A DNA stretch of 64,000 bases from Octopus sinensis (GCF_006345805.1 NC_043007.1:49910001-49974000), one strand, 5' to 3'. Positions 13,715-26,389 are shown, numbered from the stretch's first letter. The notes: generated by a model from the letters alone, not told the origin. A program made the numbers and translations.

Positions 13715-14240
13715 CTACACAATAAATTATTATTCCATTAATTCTGAACTGTAATAGCTTGGATTATATCTTCTCGTCTAATCCTCTACCTTTAATATTA
13801 TAGGTTTTTGCAGTCATTCAGTTAGATAATCGGGTCATTCAAATTCGTTTTCCGATCATTCAATTTCACACTTCGGCCAAAGAATTTAGCATTTACATTA
13901 TTTAAATTAAAATGCCCGTCGATAGCATTCAAATTAGTCAGAATGCGAGGAAGTGTCTTTTCGAACATTCAGATTCGCACGTGAGCATTCGAGTTCGGAA
14001 TAAGTTTATTCAATTTAGCACTAAGTTTATATATGTGTTTTTACTCATATTCTTAGAAGTGAATGTTAAAAATGATAAATTTAAATGACATTTCTTGTCA
14101 TGCAAATTTTATTATGCTGTTATAAGAAGAAATAAATTACGTGATTCTTGTGACCACGAAAGTTTTTTTCTTGGCAACATTCGTAACCAGTCTAGACCAG
14201 TTACATTTTCTATCTCTTTCTTGTATACCAACTTTTAATC

Positions 14241-14925
14241 ATGAAGCCACGCGTAAGGTACAAGCACATATCGGACGAAGATAGGGCAAGGCTGGTTGAC
14301 GCCTTCGAGGGGCATCAAACCGATTACCTGTAACTGGCAGACGCTTGGCATTAAAAGGAGTACTGCCCAATCCATATTAGGGACCTACCTACGGTATGGG
14401 AGGCACCACATGTTGCACACTACGTTAAGGAGGAAATGCGAGCCAGGCTTCAGCTGATTATTGATGCCGACCCACTCGAAACCCTTCAACAGATGAAGAG
14501 GGTCTTCGAAACAACATTGTCCGGAAAGACGCCTGTTTTCGTGTCTGCAATTTCACGGGATCTAGATGTGATGTTGATAACTATGAAATTGGCCGAAGAC
14601 GTCCCAGATGCAAGGACTCTGGAAAAGCGTTATTAGTACGCGCATTGGTTCATGGAAGAGGGAGTCGTCGGCCATTGCGTATTTATTGATGAATGTGGGT
14701 ACATTTGGACGAGGCGGTCTTTTCGACGAGCCCCTCGAGCTGTTCCCGTTCGCCGAGTTGTCAATCGTCAGTGTGGGGAAAAACTGCAACGTCACTTTCG
14801 CGGCGTCAGGAGCATATATCATACAAGAGACCGCAAGGCGTAACATCGACGCTATCACTTCAGAAAATTGTGTTCGTTGGTATAGACACATCCAGACCTA
14901 CCTCCCGAGATGCTTTGACCGCTAG
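14241..14925 (+). pseudogene. IS630/Tc1-superfamily (Gambol-like) transposase, internally deleted and frameshifted
   Basis: MKPRVRYKHISDEDRARLVDAF...GIKRSTAQSI (HTH), HCVFIDECGYIWTRRS..RAP (first catalytic D), GKNCNVTFAAS, and C-terminal ITSENCVRWYRHIQTYLPRCF. The second D and the E region are missing. Confidence 0.8.
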
Positions 14926-14984
14926 GAAATAGACGATTAAATCCTTTCAAACGAACTCTCCTTATTTTTTATTTTTTTATTTTA

Positions 14985-15036
14985 TTTTATCTAGTTTCAG
15001 CTCACGAGCTGTGGCCATGCTGGGGCACCGCCATTG
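14985..15036 (-). mobile_element. SINE 3'-tail fragment
   Basis: GTTTCAG...TGTGGCCATGCTGGGGCACCGCC matches the tail of the CORE-SINE copies. Confidence 0.55.
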
Positions 15037-15047
15037 AAAAGTTAAGC

Positions 15048-15129
15048 TGGCAGCGGTGGGATTCGAACTCACGCCTCCGAAGAGACTGGTGCCTTAAACC
15101 AGTACCTTAGACCGCTCGGCCACGCTACC
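15048..15129 (-). tRNA. trnL-AAG: tRNA-Leu, anticodon AAG, 82 nt, no encoded CCA
   Basis: Minus strand reads GGTAGCGTGGCCGAGCGGTCTAAGGTACTGGTTTAAGGCACCAGTCTCTTCGGAGGCGTGAGTTCGAATCCCACCGCTGCCA. It has a 7-bp acceptor stem, anticodon arm CTGGT-TTAAGGC-ACCAG and a long variable arm. There is one A:C mismatch in the T stem. A TTTT terminator lies at 15040-15037. Confidence 0.93.
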
Positions 15130-16124
15130 TTTCAAGACTGAAAATTAATAATTATCTTAGTGTACATAGCACCCTTTCTCCGATGAAAGGGAAAAAATGC
15201 AAAATCAAAGAAATATATACTTTTCTCAACAAGACATATGCAAAGGAAAAACACGTCACAGCATAATGTATTCAAAAATCAAAGAAAAGGAACATTTGTT
15301 GTAATTGTGAGTTTCTTTAAAAAGATTGAAAAGGCTGGAATGCAATTTCATGAAGTCTTTAACATTAAATACATATACCTATCCAAAATTAAAAGAATGG
15401 GCACGATAGAGTGCTTAAAGCATAAACAATGGATGAAAACACATGTTTATGATAACAATGATCATGTGATAAAACCAAAACTTCTATCGCCCTAAATTGA
15501 TTGCTCAAGTGTCAAATAGATTGCTCCGAAACGAATTTGAATGCTCGAAAAGACGCTTCCTCGCATTCCATTTAATTTGAATGCTCTCGACGGGCATTTT
15601 AATTTGAATGATGTAAATGCTAAATTCTTTGACCGAAGTGCGAAATTGAATAATTGAAAAACTAATTTGAATGACTAACTTCATGGCGCTAATTTTTTTT
15701 TCGTGACTTTGAATGACCCGATTATTAAATTGAATGACAAACGTACGAAAATGACCGCAAAAGCCTGTCTAAATAGTTGAATATCCTCCCCTACTACTAT
15801 TCCCTAAAGGAAAACATCCCTAACACTAACACCACCACCCCTAATGATAAGTGTAGCTCTTTATACAGTTCGCCAACTTTGAATTCCACCACAAAGTTAT
15901 GGTGGAATTCAAAGAAATGTAAACTTATCAGGTGGAAATTTCCCTGAAGAAGGAGGCGGTGGTAAGAATTAATGGACCTTAAAATCTATCATATCTTTGG
16001 ACAACTGTAACTTCAGAAACGGCCATCGAACCTTAAGGACTTATGACCTTTCATATAGATTTAAAATGTTCTACACTGATTTTATACTCACCCATTTCAT
16101 TTATATATTTTTAATATCGTTTTT

Positions 16125-16290
16125 ATTCTAAGTAGCACTATATATTTGTATAATCTTAATATATTCTTAGTGTATTTCTATTAATATATGTATGTATTTT
16201 AATGTATCTTTCATGTACTTATATACTATATATTTTTGCATGATTTTGGACACAGTTTTTGATAACGGAATATATTTTATTATATGCTTA
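16125..16290 (-). pseudogene. Second Naiad-type fragment, inverted homologue of 13040-13200
   Basis: TATTTGTATAATCTTAATATATTCT and GATTTTG.ACACA...ATAACGGAATATAT match the reverse complement of 13040-13200. Confidence 0.6.
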
Positions 16291-16331
16291 TTGGTAACCT
16301 GTCTTTTGTTTCTCATCATTATTTTTTCCCA

Positions 16332-16385
<54 letters not shown>

Positions 16386-16485
16386 TATATAAAAATAATA
16401 AATATTCTATATAATAAATTAATTTTACTCTGCTATGTATTGAGTACCTTATTTACTGTGGTTAACCCCGAATCAACCCGGGACC

Positions 16486-16522
<37 letters not shown>

Positions 16523-16764
16523 AGAGATTATCTCAGAAAACAAAATTAGGAATTTATTCTGAATGTTATTTGATATACTTTTATTTAACTTTGTTGATAA
16601 CATACTGACCACTTTAAATTATTTCTCTTTCGCTCATTTCTCTCATTTTCGTTTCTTTTATACATACATACACACATACATACATACATACATACATACA
16701 TACATACATACATGCATACATACATACATACATACATACATACATACATACATACATACATGCA

Positions 16765-16798
<34 letters not shown>

Positions 16799-17867
16799 CG
16801 TACATACATACATGCATACATACATATATACATACGTGTGTATATATGTACGTACGTACATATATACATATATACATACATATATATACATGCATACATC
16901 TTTTGGTATATGGATGGCCGGATGGATGGAAGAATGGAAGGTGCGTGTGTGTGGGTTGGTACGGTGAGATAATCGAATGAAAGAAACAGAAGACAAAATG
17001 GAGAACTAGAGTGTCGTAGAGCGAAACAGAAGATCGTTTTGCGAGAGGAGCGTTTGGTGAGAGGAGCGTTTAGAGAGCGGATGGGAAAGTAGAGAAACAT
17101 AAGGATAGAAAGGAAGAAGAAAAGAAAGAAAGAAAAGAAGAAAAATGTTTGAAGAGGGAAAATGGTTTGTCGTCGACTTTGCTATTGTTAAAAACACGTT
17201 CGGTGTGTTTGCGTTTTAGCAATGCGAGATGGTGGACTATTAGTAGTTGAATGGCGGGTGAGGTGGGAAGACCACGGCCACTAACGATAAACAGTCACAA
17301 CAACAACAATATTTACAATATTTACAACTGCTGGGAAAAACATTGGACAAAACAACCACAACAATAACAAGCCCGACAGCAGCGACAGCAGCAAGAACAA
17401 CCACCACAATAACAACCAGACAACAACAATCACAAAAGCAAAATATAAAGCACTTTTAAATACAGATTTTAAATATCTGAATATTGAGCATTCATGAAAA
17501 GAAATGAATAAAAAATATCATAGATGATGACCCTTATAATGATAATAATGATGATGATGATGATTGTTTTAATGATGATGCTGGCTATAATGGGGAGGAA
17601 GAGGATACTGGTATGATGATGATGATGATGAAGATGATAATAATAATGATGATAGTGGTGGTGCTGGTGATGATGTTATTGATGATGACCATTGAGGCGG
17701 TGGTGGCGTTGGTGGTTCTAACAACGACGACGACGACGATGATGATAACTCCGATCGAAGTAGAATCTAGATGTCAGGTTGAGCAGTCCTGTTTACTTAG
17801 ATCTTGTGCTTTACGTCTGCTATTTCAATATCAATCTTGTATTGGGTTTCTGCTGAACTCTTGTTTC

Positions 17868-17906
<39 letters not shown>

Positions 17907-18228
17907 GCAGACACACACACTCACACACACATCATTTTTACAACTACCTCTACCAACCCCATACACATTATTTCCACACCACCACCCTCACCATTACTAC
18001 CATTATCGCCATCAAACTCCCCCGCCATCACCACCTCCACCACTTCATCTAAACACATGCATATAGACAAACTCAGAAACATTAAAGCAAAATAAATATC
18101 AACACGAAGACTCTCATACACTATATGTGTGTCTGCTGTGTGTTTATAAGAATATATATACATATATATGTATCCACACACACACACACATATATATACA
18201 TACATGTACATATATATATATATATATA

Positions 18229-19231
18229 CAGCGTGCGATGGGTAAGTTGTCTCCATTTTATATTTTCGTGCATGCGTAATACTTGTTTTTGATTCTGTCG
18301 ACTACACAGTATAGTAGGGTCAACTGGACCTGTGACAAAAACAGCACCATGCTGTAATTTATTCTGCTAGAAAGTTGGAAACAACATGCTGTACTGCTTG
18401 ACAACCGCGCCGGAAGCTCCAGTACGAACATTTCAGAGTGTTTGGGTGTCAATCTGAGGCTAGTGCAGAGGATTCGGAAAGAGTTGGATGAGACTAACGG
18501 TGATTACGAACGTACGGCAGCTTGGAAAACTCACTCTGATCCTTCTGATCAGAAAAGAACTCCTGAATTTGGTGGTGAGATCCAGGCCATGATTGACAAC
18601 GATCCCTCCAAGTCAATCGGGTCCATCGCGAGGGACATGGAAGTGTCTGAGTTTCTTATCAGGCAGGTAGTGCATGAAAACATTCGGTATTCCTCATAGA
18701 AGATGAGAAAGGACCAATTTTTATCCCAAGTCACCAAGGACAAGAGGAAAGTCCGTGCTGCAAAGGTTTTGAACAAGCTCAAGTATCTCCCTCCAACCGA
18801 ACATGCTTTGGTTTTTTTCAGACGAGGAAAAAATTTCCAGGATCAGATGGTAAACACACGGAACAACCGTTGGCTTGCCGTGTCCCCGAAACTTTTACCG
18901 AGAGTGATAAAATCAAACATCCAGTCAACATCATGATGTTTGGAGTGATCACTAGTGATGGCGATGTTATGCCTCCATTCATTTTCCCACACGATCCCAG
19001 ACTCAACATGGAGGTCTACATCAAGTGCCTGGAGCAGGTAGTGCTGCTATGAGTGAAGAAGGAGGCTGCTGGAAGACCATATGTCTGGTAACAGGACTCT
19101 GAGCATGCCACACAAACAGGAGCACCCAGTCATGGCTGCCAGACAATTTCTACGACCACATCAAACCTAACATCTGGCCATCCAACTGCCCAGACTACAA
19201 CACCCTTGATTATTATGTATGAGACGCAGTT
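18229..19231 (+). mobile_element. maT (DD37D) mariner-like transposon, 5' TIR plus decayed transposase, 3'-truncated at (ATT)n
   Basis: TA followed by CAGCGTGCGATGGGTAAG TIR. Translation gives LGVNLRLVQRIRKEL, WFFSDE, MMFGVITSDGDVMPPFIFP and QDS..CHT...WPSNCPDYNTLDYYV, with 37 residues between the second and third D. Confidence 0.9.
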
Positions 19232-19253
19232 ATTATTATTATTATTATCATCA

Positions 19254-19303
<50 letters not shown>

Positions 19304-19414
19304 GACTTTTTCAAATGACAAAACCCTTTGTAACTTTCGTCCTGTGTTTTGTCCCTTTATGTTTTAATTGATTTTTGTTAGCCCTTGTGGCCAATAAACG
19401 GACGAATTCTTCTT

Positions 19415-19509
<95 letters not shown>

Positions 19510-19511
19510 CA

Positions 19512-20033
19512 TTGAGTGAGAGAGCAACGCATGCCATCAAAGTGACACTGGGGTACAATTATACAAAACCCCATGTACCCATATGACTACCCGTCTGGTG
19601 AGTGTACACCAGGCACATGCACCACAACCATATGTGCACGACATGGTAATTTCATATGAAGATAAACTGCGCATGACCTTGCAGGTGGTGTCCAGTCAGA
19701 ATTTTCTTCAGGTCGAGTACTCCATCCCGCTCTAAAGGTCCTTAATAAGGGTTGTTTAAGGGTTTATGTTTCCAAAGGTGAATTATCCAAACCTCAAAGA
19801 ATTCCTCTCAACACATGTCTGTTATGAACACTCACTACTCCTGCTCGTGATCAGAGATGCACATATCGTCAGCCACTCAGAAACATGCTCAACTGTTTAA
19901 AGTCAAACAACTTACAAGCAAATCTGTGGTATTGAACAGGATATTTACTGTAGCCCATCTTTTTATACCAAGACAAAACAATGTACATAACACTTCCAAT
20001 CAATTATGATCAGAGACCTCTGCCTGGTAATAC
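19512..20033 (+). repeat. ~520-bp unclassified interspersed repeat embedded in (ATT)n, copy 1
   Basis: Collinear with 22822-23347 and 23368-23883 (TGAGTGAGAGAGCA...TGCCTGGTA). Confidence 0.85.
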
Positions 20034-20037
20034 ATTG

Positions 20038-20116
<79 letters not shown>

Positions 20117-20149
20117 CATCATCATCATCATCATTATCATTATTATTAC

Positions 20150-20667
20150 TATTATACTCATGACTATTACTTTTAACTTGAACAAATTGATTCCAAGTCT
20201 CATCGAGAAAACTCAAGAGACAAGTTCGAAGTCTAGTTCGGTGTTATGGATAAGGTACCATAACTTTGGTTTTGCACAAAGTAGTGTTCTAGAGAGTATC
20301 TGTCAAAACGTAAGAAAATTAGAAGATTGTCTTAAAAGTAATATGATTATAAGATGATAGTATGATCGTAAGATGACACTAAAAGTTGTTTGCTATTATG
20401 TACATTTAAAAGTACTTCCGACAATATTTACTGATTAAAATGTTTTGCGAGTTACACAGACAATATTTTACGTAGGATATGCGCAGTTCCCATGAGCACT
20501 ATTTTTATAATTTCTTCCATATTTAGATTTACTGGTATCTGAGACAGGTAGCGATCAGCCTCTTTTGCTAACATTTCTAGTGCACCTGTGACAACAGGTA
20601 TTGTTTAAGTCTTAAGGTTCCACATTTTGTCAATTTCTATTTCACGGTCTTTATATTTGCTCAGTTT
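20150..20667 (-). pseudogene. 5'-truncated R4/Dong-like LINE end (endonuclease C-terminus, 3' UTR, (AAT)n); duplicated at 21222-21738
   Basis: KLSKYKDREIEIDKMWNLKT*TIPVVTGALEML...MGTAHILRKIL, ending in an (AAT)n tail. Confidence 0.8.
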
Positions 20668-20723
20668 GTACCCCAATATCAATATGATGGGTTGCGCTGC
20701 TCTCTCATTCAATGATAATAATA

Positions 20724-20787
<64 letters not shown>

Positions 20788-20790
<3 letters not shown>

Positions 20791-20975
20791 TGCGTACCAT
20801 ACATAATAATCAAGGGTGTTGTAGTTTGGGGAATTGGGTGGCCAGATGTTAGGGTTGATGTGGTCGTAGAAATTATCTGACAGCCATGACTGGGTTCTCC
20901 TGTTTGTGTGGCATGCTACAGAGTCCTGCAGCCTCCTTCACTCAGGGCAGCACTATCTGCTCCAAAAGTTTTTCT
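20788..20975 (-). pseudogene. maT transposase fragment; duplicated at 21854-22041
   Basis: Reverse complement encodes CHTNRRTQSWLSDNFYDHINPNIWPPNSPNYNTLDYYV. Confidence 0.85.
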
Positions 20976-21112
20976 TGCTATTTATTACAGTTTTAGCAAG
21001 GGTTTTCCTACAGTTAGCTTTTTCTGTGTTGTTTCTATTATGATCTTGATCATGATCACTATCATGATGATGATGATCCCCCTCCTCCTCATCATCATCA
21101 TCTTCATCATCG

Positions 21113-21144
<32 letters not shown>

Positions 21145-21785
21145 TTATTATTATTATTATTATTATTATTATATTATTATTATTATATTATCATCATCAT
21201 CATCATTATCATTATTATTACTATTATACTCATGACTATTACTTTTAACTTGAACAAATTGATTCCAAGTCTCATCGAGAAAACTCAAGAGACAAGTTCG
21301 AAGTCTAGTTCGGTGTTATGGATAAGGTACCATAACTTTGGTTTTGCACAAAGTAGTGTTCTAGAGAGTATCTGTCAAAACGTAAGAAAATTAGAAGATT
21401 GTCTTAAAAGTAATATGATTATAAGATGATAGTATGATCGTAAGATGACACTAAAAGTTGTTTGCTATTATGTACATTTAAAAGTACTTCCGACAATATT
21501 TACTGATTAAAATGTTTTGCGAGTTACACAGACAATATTTTACGTAGGATATGCGCAGTTCCCATGAGCACTATTTTTATAATTTCTTCCATATTTAGAT
21601 TACTGGTATCTGAGACAGGTAGCGATCAGCCTCTTTTGCTAACATTTCTAGTGCACCTGTGACAACAGGTATTGTTTAAGTCTTAAGGTTCCACATTTTG
21701 TCAATTTCTATTTCACGGTCTTTATATTTGCTCAGTTTGTACCCCAATATCAATATGATGGGTTGCGCTGCTCTCTCATTCAATG

Positions 21786-21856
<71 letters not shown>

Positions 21857-22178
21857 TGCGTACCATACATAATAATCAAGGGTGTTGTAGTTTGGGGAAT
21901 TGGGTGGCCAGATGTTAGGGTTGATGTGGTCGTAGAAATTATCTGACAGCCATGACTGGGTTCTCCTGTTTGTGTGGCATGCTACAGAGTCCTGCAGCCT
22001 CCTTCACTCAGGGCAGCACTATCTGCTCCAAAAGTTTTTCTTGCTATTTATTACAGTTTTAGCAAGGGTTTTCCTACAGTTAGCTTTTTCTGTGTTGTTT
22101 CTATTATGATCTTGATCATGATCACTATCATGATGATGATGATCCCCCTCCTCCTCATCATCATCATCTTCATCATCG

Positions 22179-22263
<85 letters not shown>

Positions 22264-22267
<4 letters not shown>

Positions 22268-22772
22268 TAGTTTTATTTTTATAGTGTGCTTTCACTTCAC
22301 TACCGAGCACCGAGCACAGCTCTGTGTGCCTTGGGTATGTGCTGTGATTTGTTGTGATGCTCTGATGGTTATTGTATGGAAAGTGTTCTGCGTAAGATGT
22401 GTGCAGTGCTTAGTAGTGCAATTTTCTGTATGTTATATGTGTTTGTAAGTCCTGGTGTTTTTGTTATGTATTTGTCTGAATATTTTTTTATCATGCCTAA
22501 TGCACCTACTATGATAGGAATTGTTTCTGTTTTCAGATTCCACATTCTAGTTACCTCTATTTCCAGGTCTTTGTATTTTGAGAGTTTCTCCATTTCTTTT
22601 AGAGACACGTTGTCATCAGCCGGTATTGATACATCAATTAGAAATCATTTTTTTTCTTCATGATCTCTGACAACTATATCTGGTCTGTTGGCCTTAATTT
22701 CTCTATCTGAGTATGGTTGCTTTCTCGTTTTCTGTGACCTTTTCTGGTGTGTGCCTATACCATCTTTTTTCT
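22264..22772 (-). pseudogene. 5'-truncated R4/Dong-clade LINE with restriction-like endonuclease, inserted in (TAA)n
   Basis: WYRHTPEKVTENEKATIL..DREIKANRPDIVVRD...LIDVSIPADDNVSLKEMEKLSKYKDLEIEVTRMWNLKTETIPIIVGALG...TAHILRRTLSIQ*. The 3' UTR runs into (AAT)n. Confidence 0.9.
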
Positions 22773-22821
22773 GTTATTACTATCATTATTATCATTATTA
22801 TTATTACTATTATTATTAGTA

Positions 22822-23883
22822 TTGAGTGAGAGAGCAGTTCATGCCATCAAAGTGACACTGGGGTAAAATATACCCATCATGACTACCCGTCTGATAAAGG
22901 TACACCAGGCACATGAATCACAACCATATGTGCGCGACATGGTGATCTCATATCAAGATAAACAGCACATGACCTTGCAGGTGGGGCCCAGTTAGAATTT
23001 TCTTCAGGTTGAGTAGCCCATCCCGCTCAAACGGTCCCTGAATAAGGGTTGCTTAAGGATGTTGAAAGAACCACCCATGTTTCCAGAGGTGAACTATTCA
23101 AACCCCAAAGAATCCCTCTCAACACATGGCTATGATGCTCCCCCACTACTTCTGCTCGTGATCAGAGATGCACATATCATCAGCCACTAAGGGACATGCT
23201 CAAGGTCAAACAACTGACAAGCAAATCTGTGGTATTGAGCAGAATATTTGCTGTAGCCCATCTTTTATACCAAGACAAAACAATGTACATGATAACACTT
23301 CCAATCAGTTAAGATCAGAAGCCATGAGAGCCACTGCCTGGTACTGCTATTATTATTATTATTATTACTGAGTGAGAGAGCAGCAATGCCCTAAAGTGAC
23401 ACTGGAGTACAATTATACGAAGCCCCATGTACCCATCATGATTGCCCGTGATGCATCACAACCACAAGTGCGCGACATGGTGATCTCTTATCAAGGTAAA
23501 CAGCGCATGACCTTGCAGGTGGTGCCCAGTTAGAATTTTCTTCAGGTCGAGAAGCCCATCCCACTCAAAAGGTCTCTGAATAAGGTTTGTTTAAGGATGT
23601 TAAACGAAATACCCGTTTCCAGCGGTAAAATATTCAGACCCCCAAAGAATTCCTCTCAACACATGACTATGATGCAACCCCACTACTTCTGCTCGTGATC
23701 ACAGATGCACATATTGTCAGCCACTAAGGGACATGTTCAACTGCTTAAGGTCAAACAACTGACAAGCAAATCTGTAGTATTGAGCAGAATATTTGCTGTA
23801 GCCAATCTCTTATATCAAGACTAAACAATGTATATGATAACACTTTCAATCAGAAGCCATGAGAGCCACTGGCTGGTATTGCA
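22822..23883 (+). repeat. Two head-to-tail copies of the ~520-bp repeat (22822-23347, 23368-23883) separated by (ATT)n
   Basis: Direct alignment by eye with 19512-20033. Confidence 0.88.
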
Positions 23884-24295
23884 TGAGGGCATGTATAATC
23901 ATCATCATCATTATGTTATCATTATTGTCATTATCATAATTGTTATAGTGTGCTGTTCTGTAAAGAAAACAACAGTCACCCCAGGACATTCTATACAACT
24001 CACTCCATACTGATATTAAGGGGATTCGCCAAAAGCTGTGAGTAAACGAAATCTTTTCCAACTAAAAATATCATCAGGCCAAATTATTATTGCAATGGAA
24101 GAATGGAGACACTTCAGAAATTAAAAACTGAAATTGAAATGTACGTATGTACGCATTATGTATGCATCAATATATATATGTGTGTGCATGTATGTATGTG
24201 TGTGTGTGTGTTTGTGTGGGGGTCGGTGGAGGTGGGATGAGTGTGTGTGTGTCTTTGTGCATGTATACATATACTTACAATCACATGAAAACGCT

Positions 24296-24326
<31 letters not shown>

Positions 24327-24860
24327 CTTCTCCGAATAATTATTATTCTTTATCCTGAAGATTATATTTTGTTTATATAATATTCTTCTTTATTGCTTTC
24401 TATCATCCTTTCTTTCACTTTCTCTGTAGCTTTCTATCCTTTATTTATTTCTTTCTTTTTATTTCTTTCTATGCCTTCCACAAAACATTCCATAGTTTAA
24501 TAAAAATGAAATGCTATGAAAAATTCTATAGTTTGAAGAAAAGAGATAATGGAATAGAGCGGGAACAAGATGCGCTAATCAAAACTGGTAACCATAATAC
24601 GCTACCTCTCGTTTCTGTTGACACAAACAATTTTTTCTGAAATATTTGGTTTAAATGCTAAAATAAATATCAAGTCTCCAAATTATTATTGATTCCTGCT
24701 TGTTTGTCATCTCCGTGTCTGCTACTCTCGGAGTATATAAATTTTATAAATTCGTGAAAGCTATCAAAATATTGATATACAAACGCGGAATTCTAGTAGA
24801 ATCATCATCATCATCATCATCATCATCACCACCACCACCACCACCACCACCACCACCACC

Positions 24861-24907
<47 letters not shown>

Positions 24908-25674
24908 AACCATCATCATCATCATCATCACCATCATCATCATCATAATCATCATCATCATCATCATCATCATCTTCTTTTCATCGTCGTTGTCGTCATC
25001 ATCATCATTTTCTTCTTTTCCTCTTCCTCCTGTCGTTGCTGTTGACGTTATTGTTATAAAAAGACAAAATTCCACTGCACCGAACAAAATGCATTACAAT
25101 ATTTGGTGCGGCTCTTTATATTTGGAATTCAAAACCTTTCCGATACAACTTTGTCGCCGTTCAGGGAGAGTCAGTAGTGAAATACATTAAATACATTTTA
25201 AATACTGGGTTGATATTTTCGGCTGATCTCTCCCCTAAATTTGACGTCTTGTGCCCATTTTTGAAACAATTACTCTGAACAATGACTGCCCTCAAATATC
25301 ACAACCACTTTAGAGAATTTACAGAACAGTAGCAATTCCAGGATTTGTGTCTATATTAGAAACGATTTTACATGTTATTTTCTTGACGTTCTTATCTCCC
25401 TTAATATGCATTTCTCAGACAACGTTGAAAACCATTTAGAATTATCATAAAATATGCACACATACATAGTCGTAAAGACACAGACAGACACAGATATTCA
25501 AAAACACATGAACACACGTATGCATACACCCAAGCTTGTGTCCTTTAATACTCATTTCTGGAGAGCATGTTGTAATATAAGATTCTCTCACACTTCTAGA
25601 GTCAGAAGGAAGAAAATAAAGATATTTCCATCTCCTTTGTTGTTGCTGTCGTCATCGTCATCGTTGTTGTTGTG

Positions 25675-25872
25675 CTTCTTCTTCTTCTTCTTCTTCTTCT
25701 TCTTCTTCTTCTTCTTCTTCTTCTTCTTCTTCTTCTTCTTCTTCTTCTTCTTCTTTTCTTCTTCTTCTTTCTTCTTCTTCTTCTCTTCTCTTCTTCTTCT
25801 TCTTCTTCTTTCTTCTTCTTCTCTTCTTTCTTCTTCTTCTTCTTCTTCTTCTTCTTCTTCTTCTTCTTCTTG
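25675..25872. repeat. (CTT)n microsatellite
   Basis: Direct inspection. Confidence 0.95.
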
Positions 25873-26353
25873 TATACCTATCAAATTTCTCTCTTGTTCT
25901 ATAGAAATTGATAGAAATTGAAAGCTGGAATAAGTAAGCATAATACAAATAAACAAAAACAACAATAACACAGTACCCGAACAAAGCAAAATAACAACAA
26001 TAATAAAGAAATGACATGAGTTTTTGACGTCGACAAATGTGAAGAGAGGCGATTGTAAGTGAGTAGCTTGAGAAGGATGAAGATGCAATATGGCGGCTGT
26101 GTTTGACAAAGTTTTATTCGTTTGGTCATGTGTCATAAGTATATGCTCTTGTGTGTATGTACGTAGGTAACTATAAGTTGGCACGTGCATCATTTTGCGT
26201 GTGAATGTGGATTTGCGAGCACGAATATATATATATATATACATATGTATGTATGTATATATATAGTGAGAATTTACAAAAACACAAAAGACGAAGATGG
26301 GTGTGTAAACAGCAAACAGATGTATTAGTTTAAAGCTCGGGAAGTGAGGAAAT

Positions 26354-26389
26354 CTTTTACGTTTCGAACCTACGCTTTTCCACAGAAAG
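26354..26389 (-). ncRNA. Degenerate minimal hammerhead in the tail of the minus-strand Neptune PLE
   Basis: CUUU-CUGUGGA-A-AAGC GUAG GUUC-GAAAC-GUA-AAAG. Core A6 and stem II position 10.1 are mutated. The tail is homologous to 37499-37580. Confidence 0.5.

Larger units (their letters stand above)
13801..15767 (+). mobile_element. IS630/Tc1-like DNA transposon deletion derivative with long TIRs
   Basis: Inverted arms at 13801-13977 and 15532-15767 have a highly similar core and multiple internal CATTCA repeats. They enclose a transposase pseudogene. TA precedes the left end; TC follows the right end. Confidence 0.6.
20120..22263. repeat. Tandem duplication with ~1.07-kb period
   Basis: Non-STR sequence at 20160-21110 appears identical to 21232-22180. 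The track ORFs at 20908 and 21974 share the same N-terminus (offset 1066). Confidence 0.92.

Noticed and set aside
13715-14200. SECIS element downstream of the TGA-containing Naiad
   Set aside because: No canonical AUGA...AA...GA stem-loop found by eye.
15940-16030. CUGAAGA-AGGAG...CUUCAGAAACGGCC motif
   Set aside because: Extra base before GAAA, no NUH triplet and no stem I.
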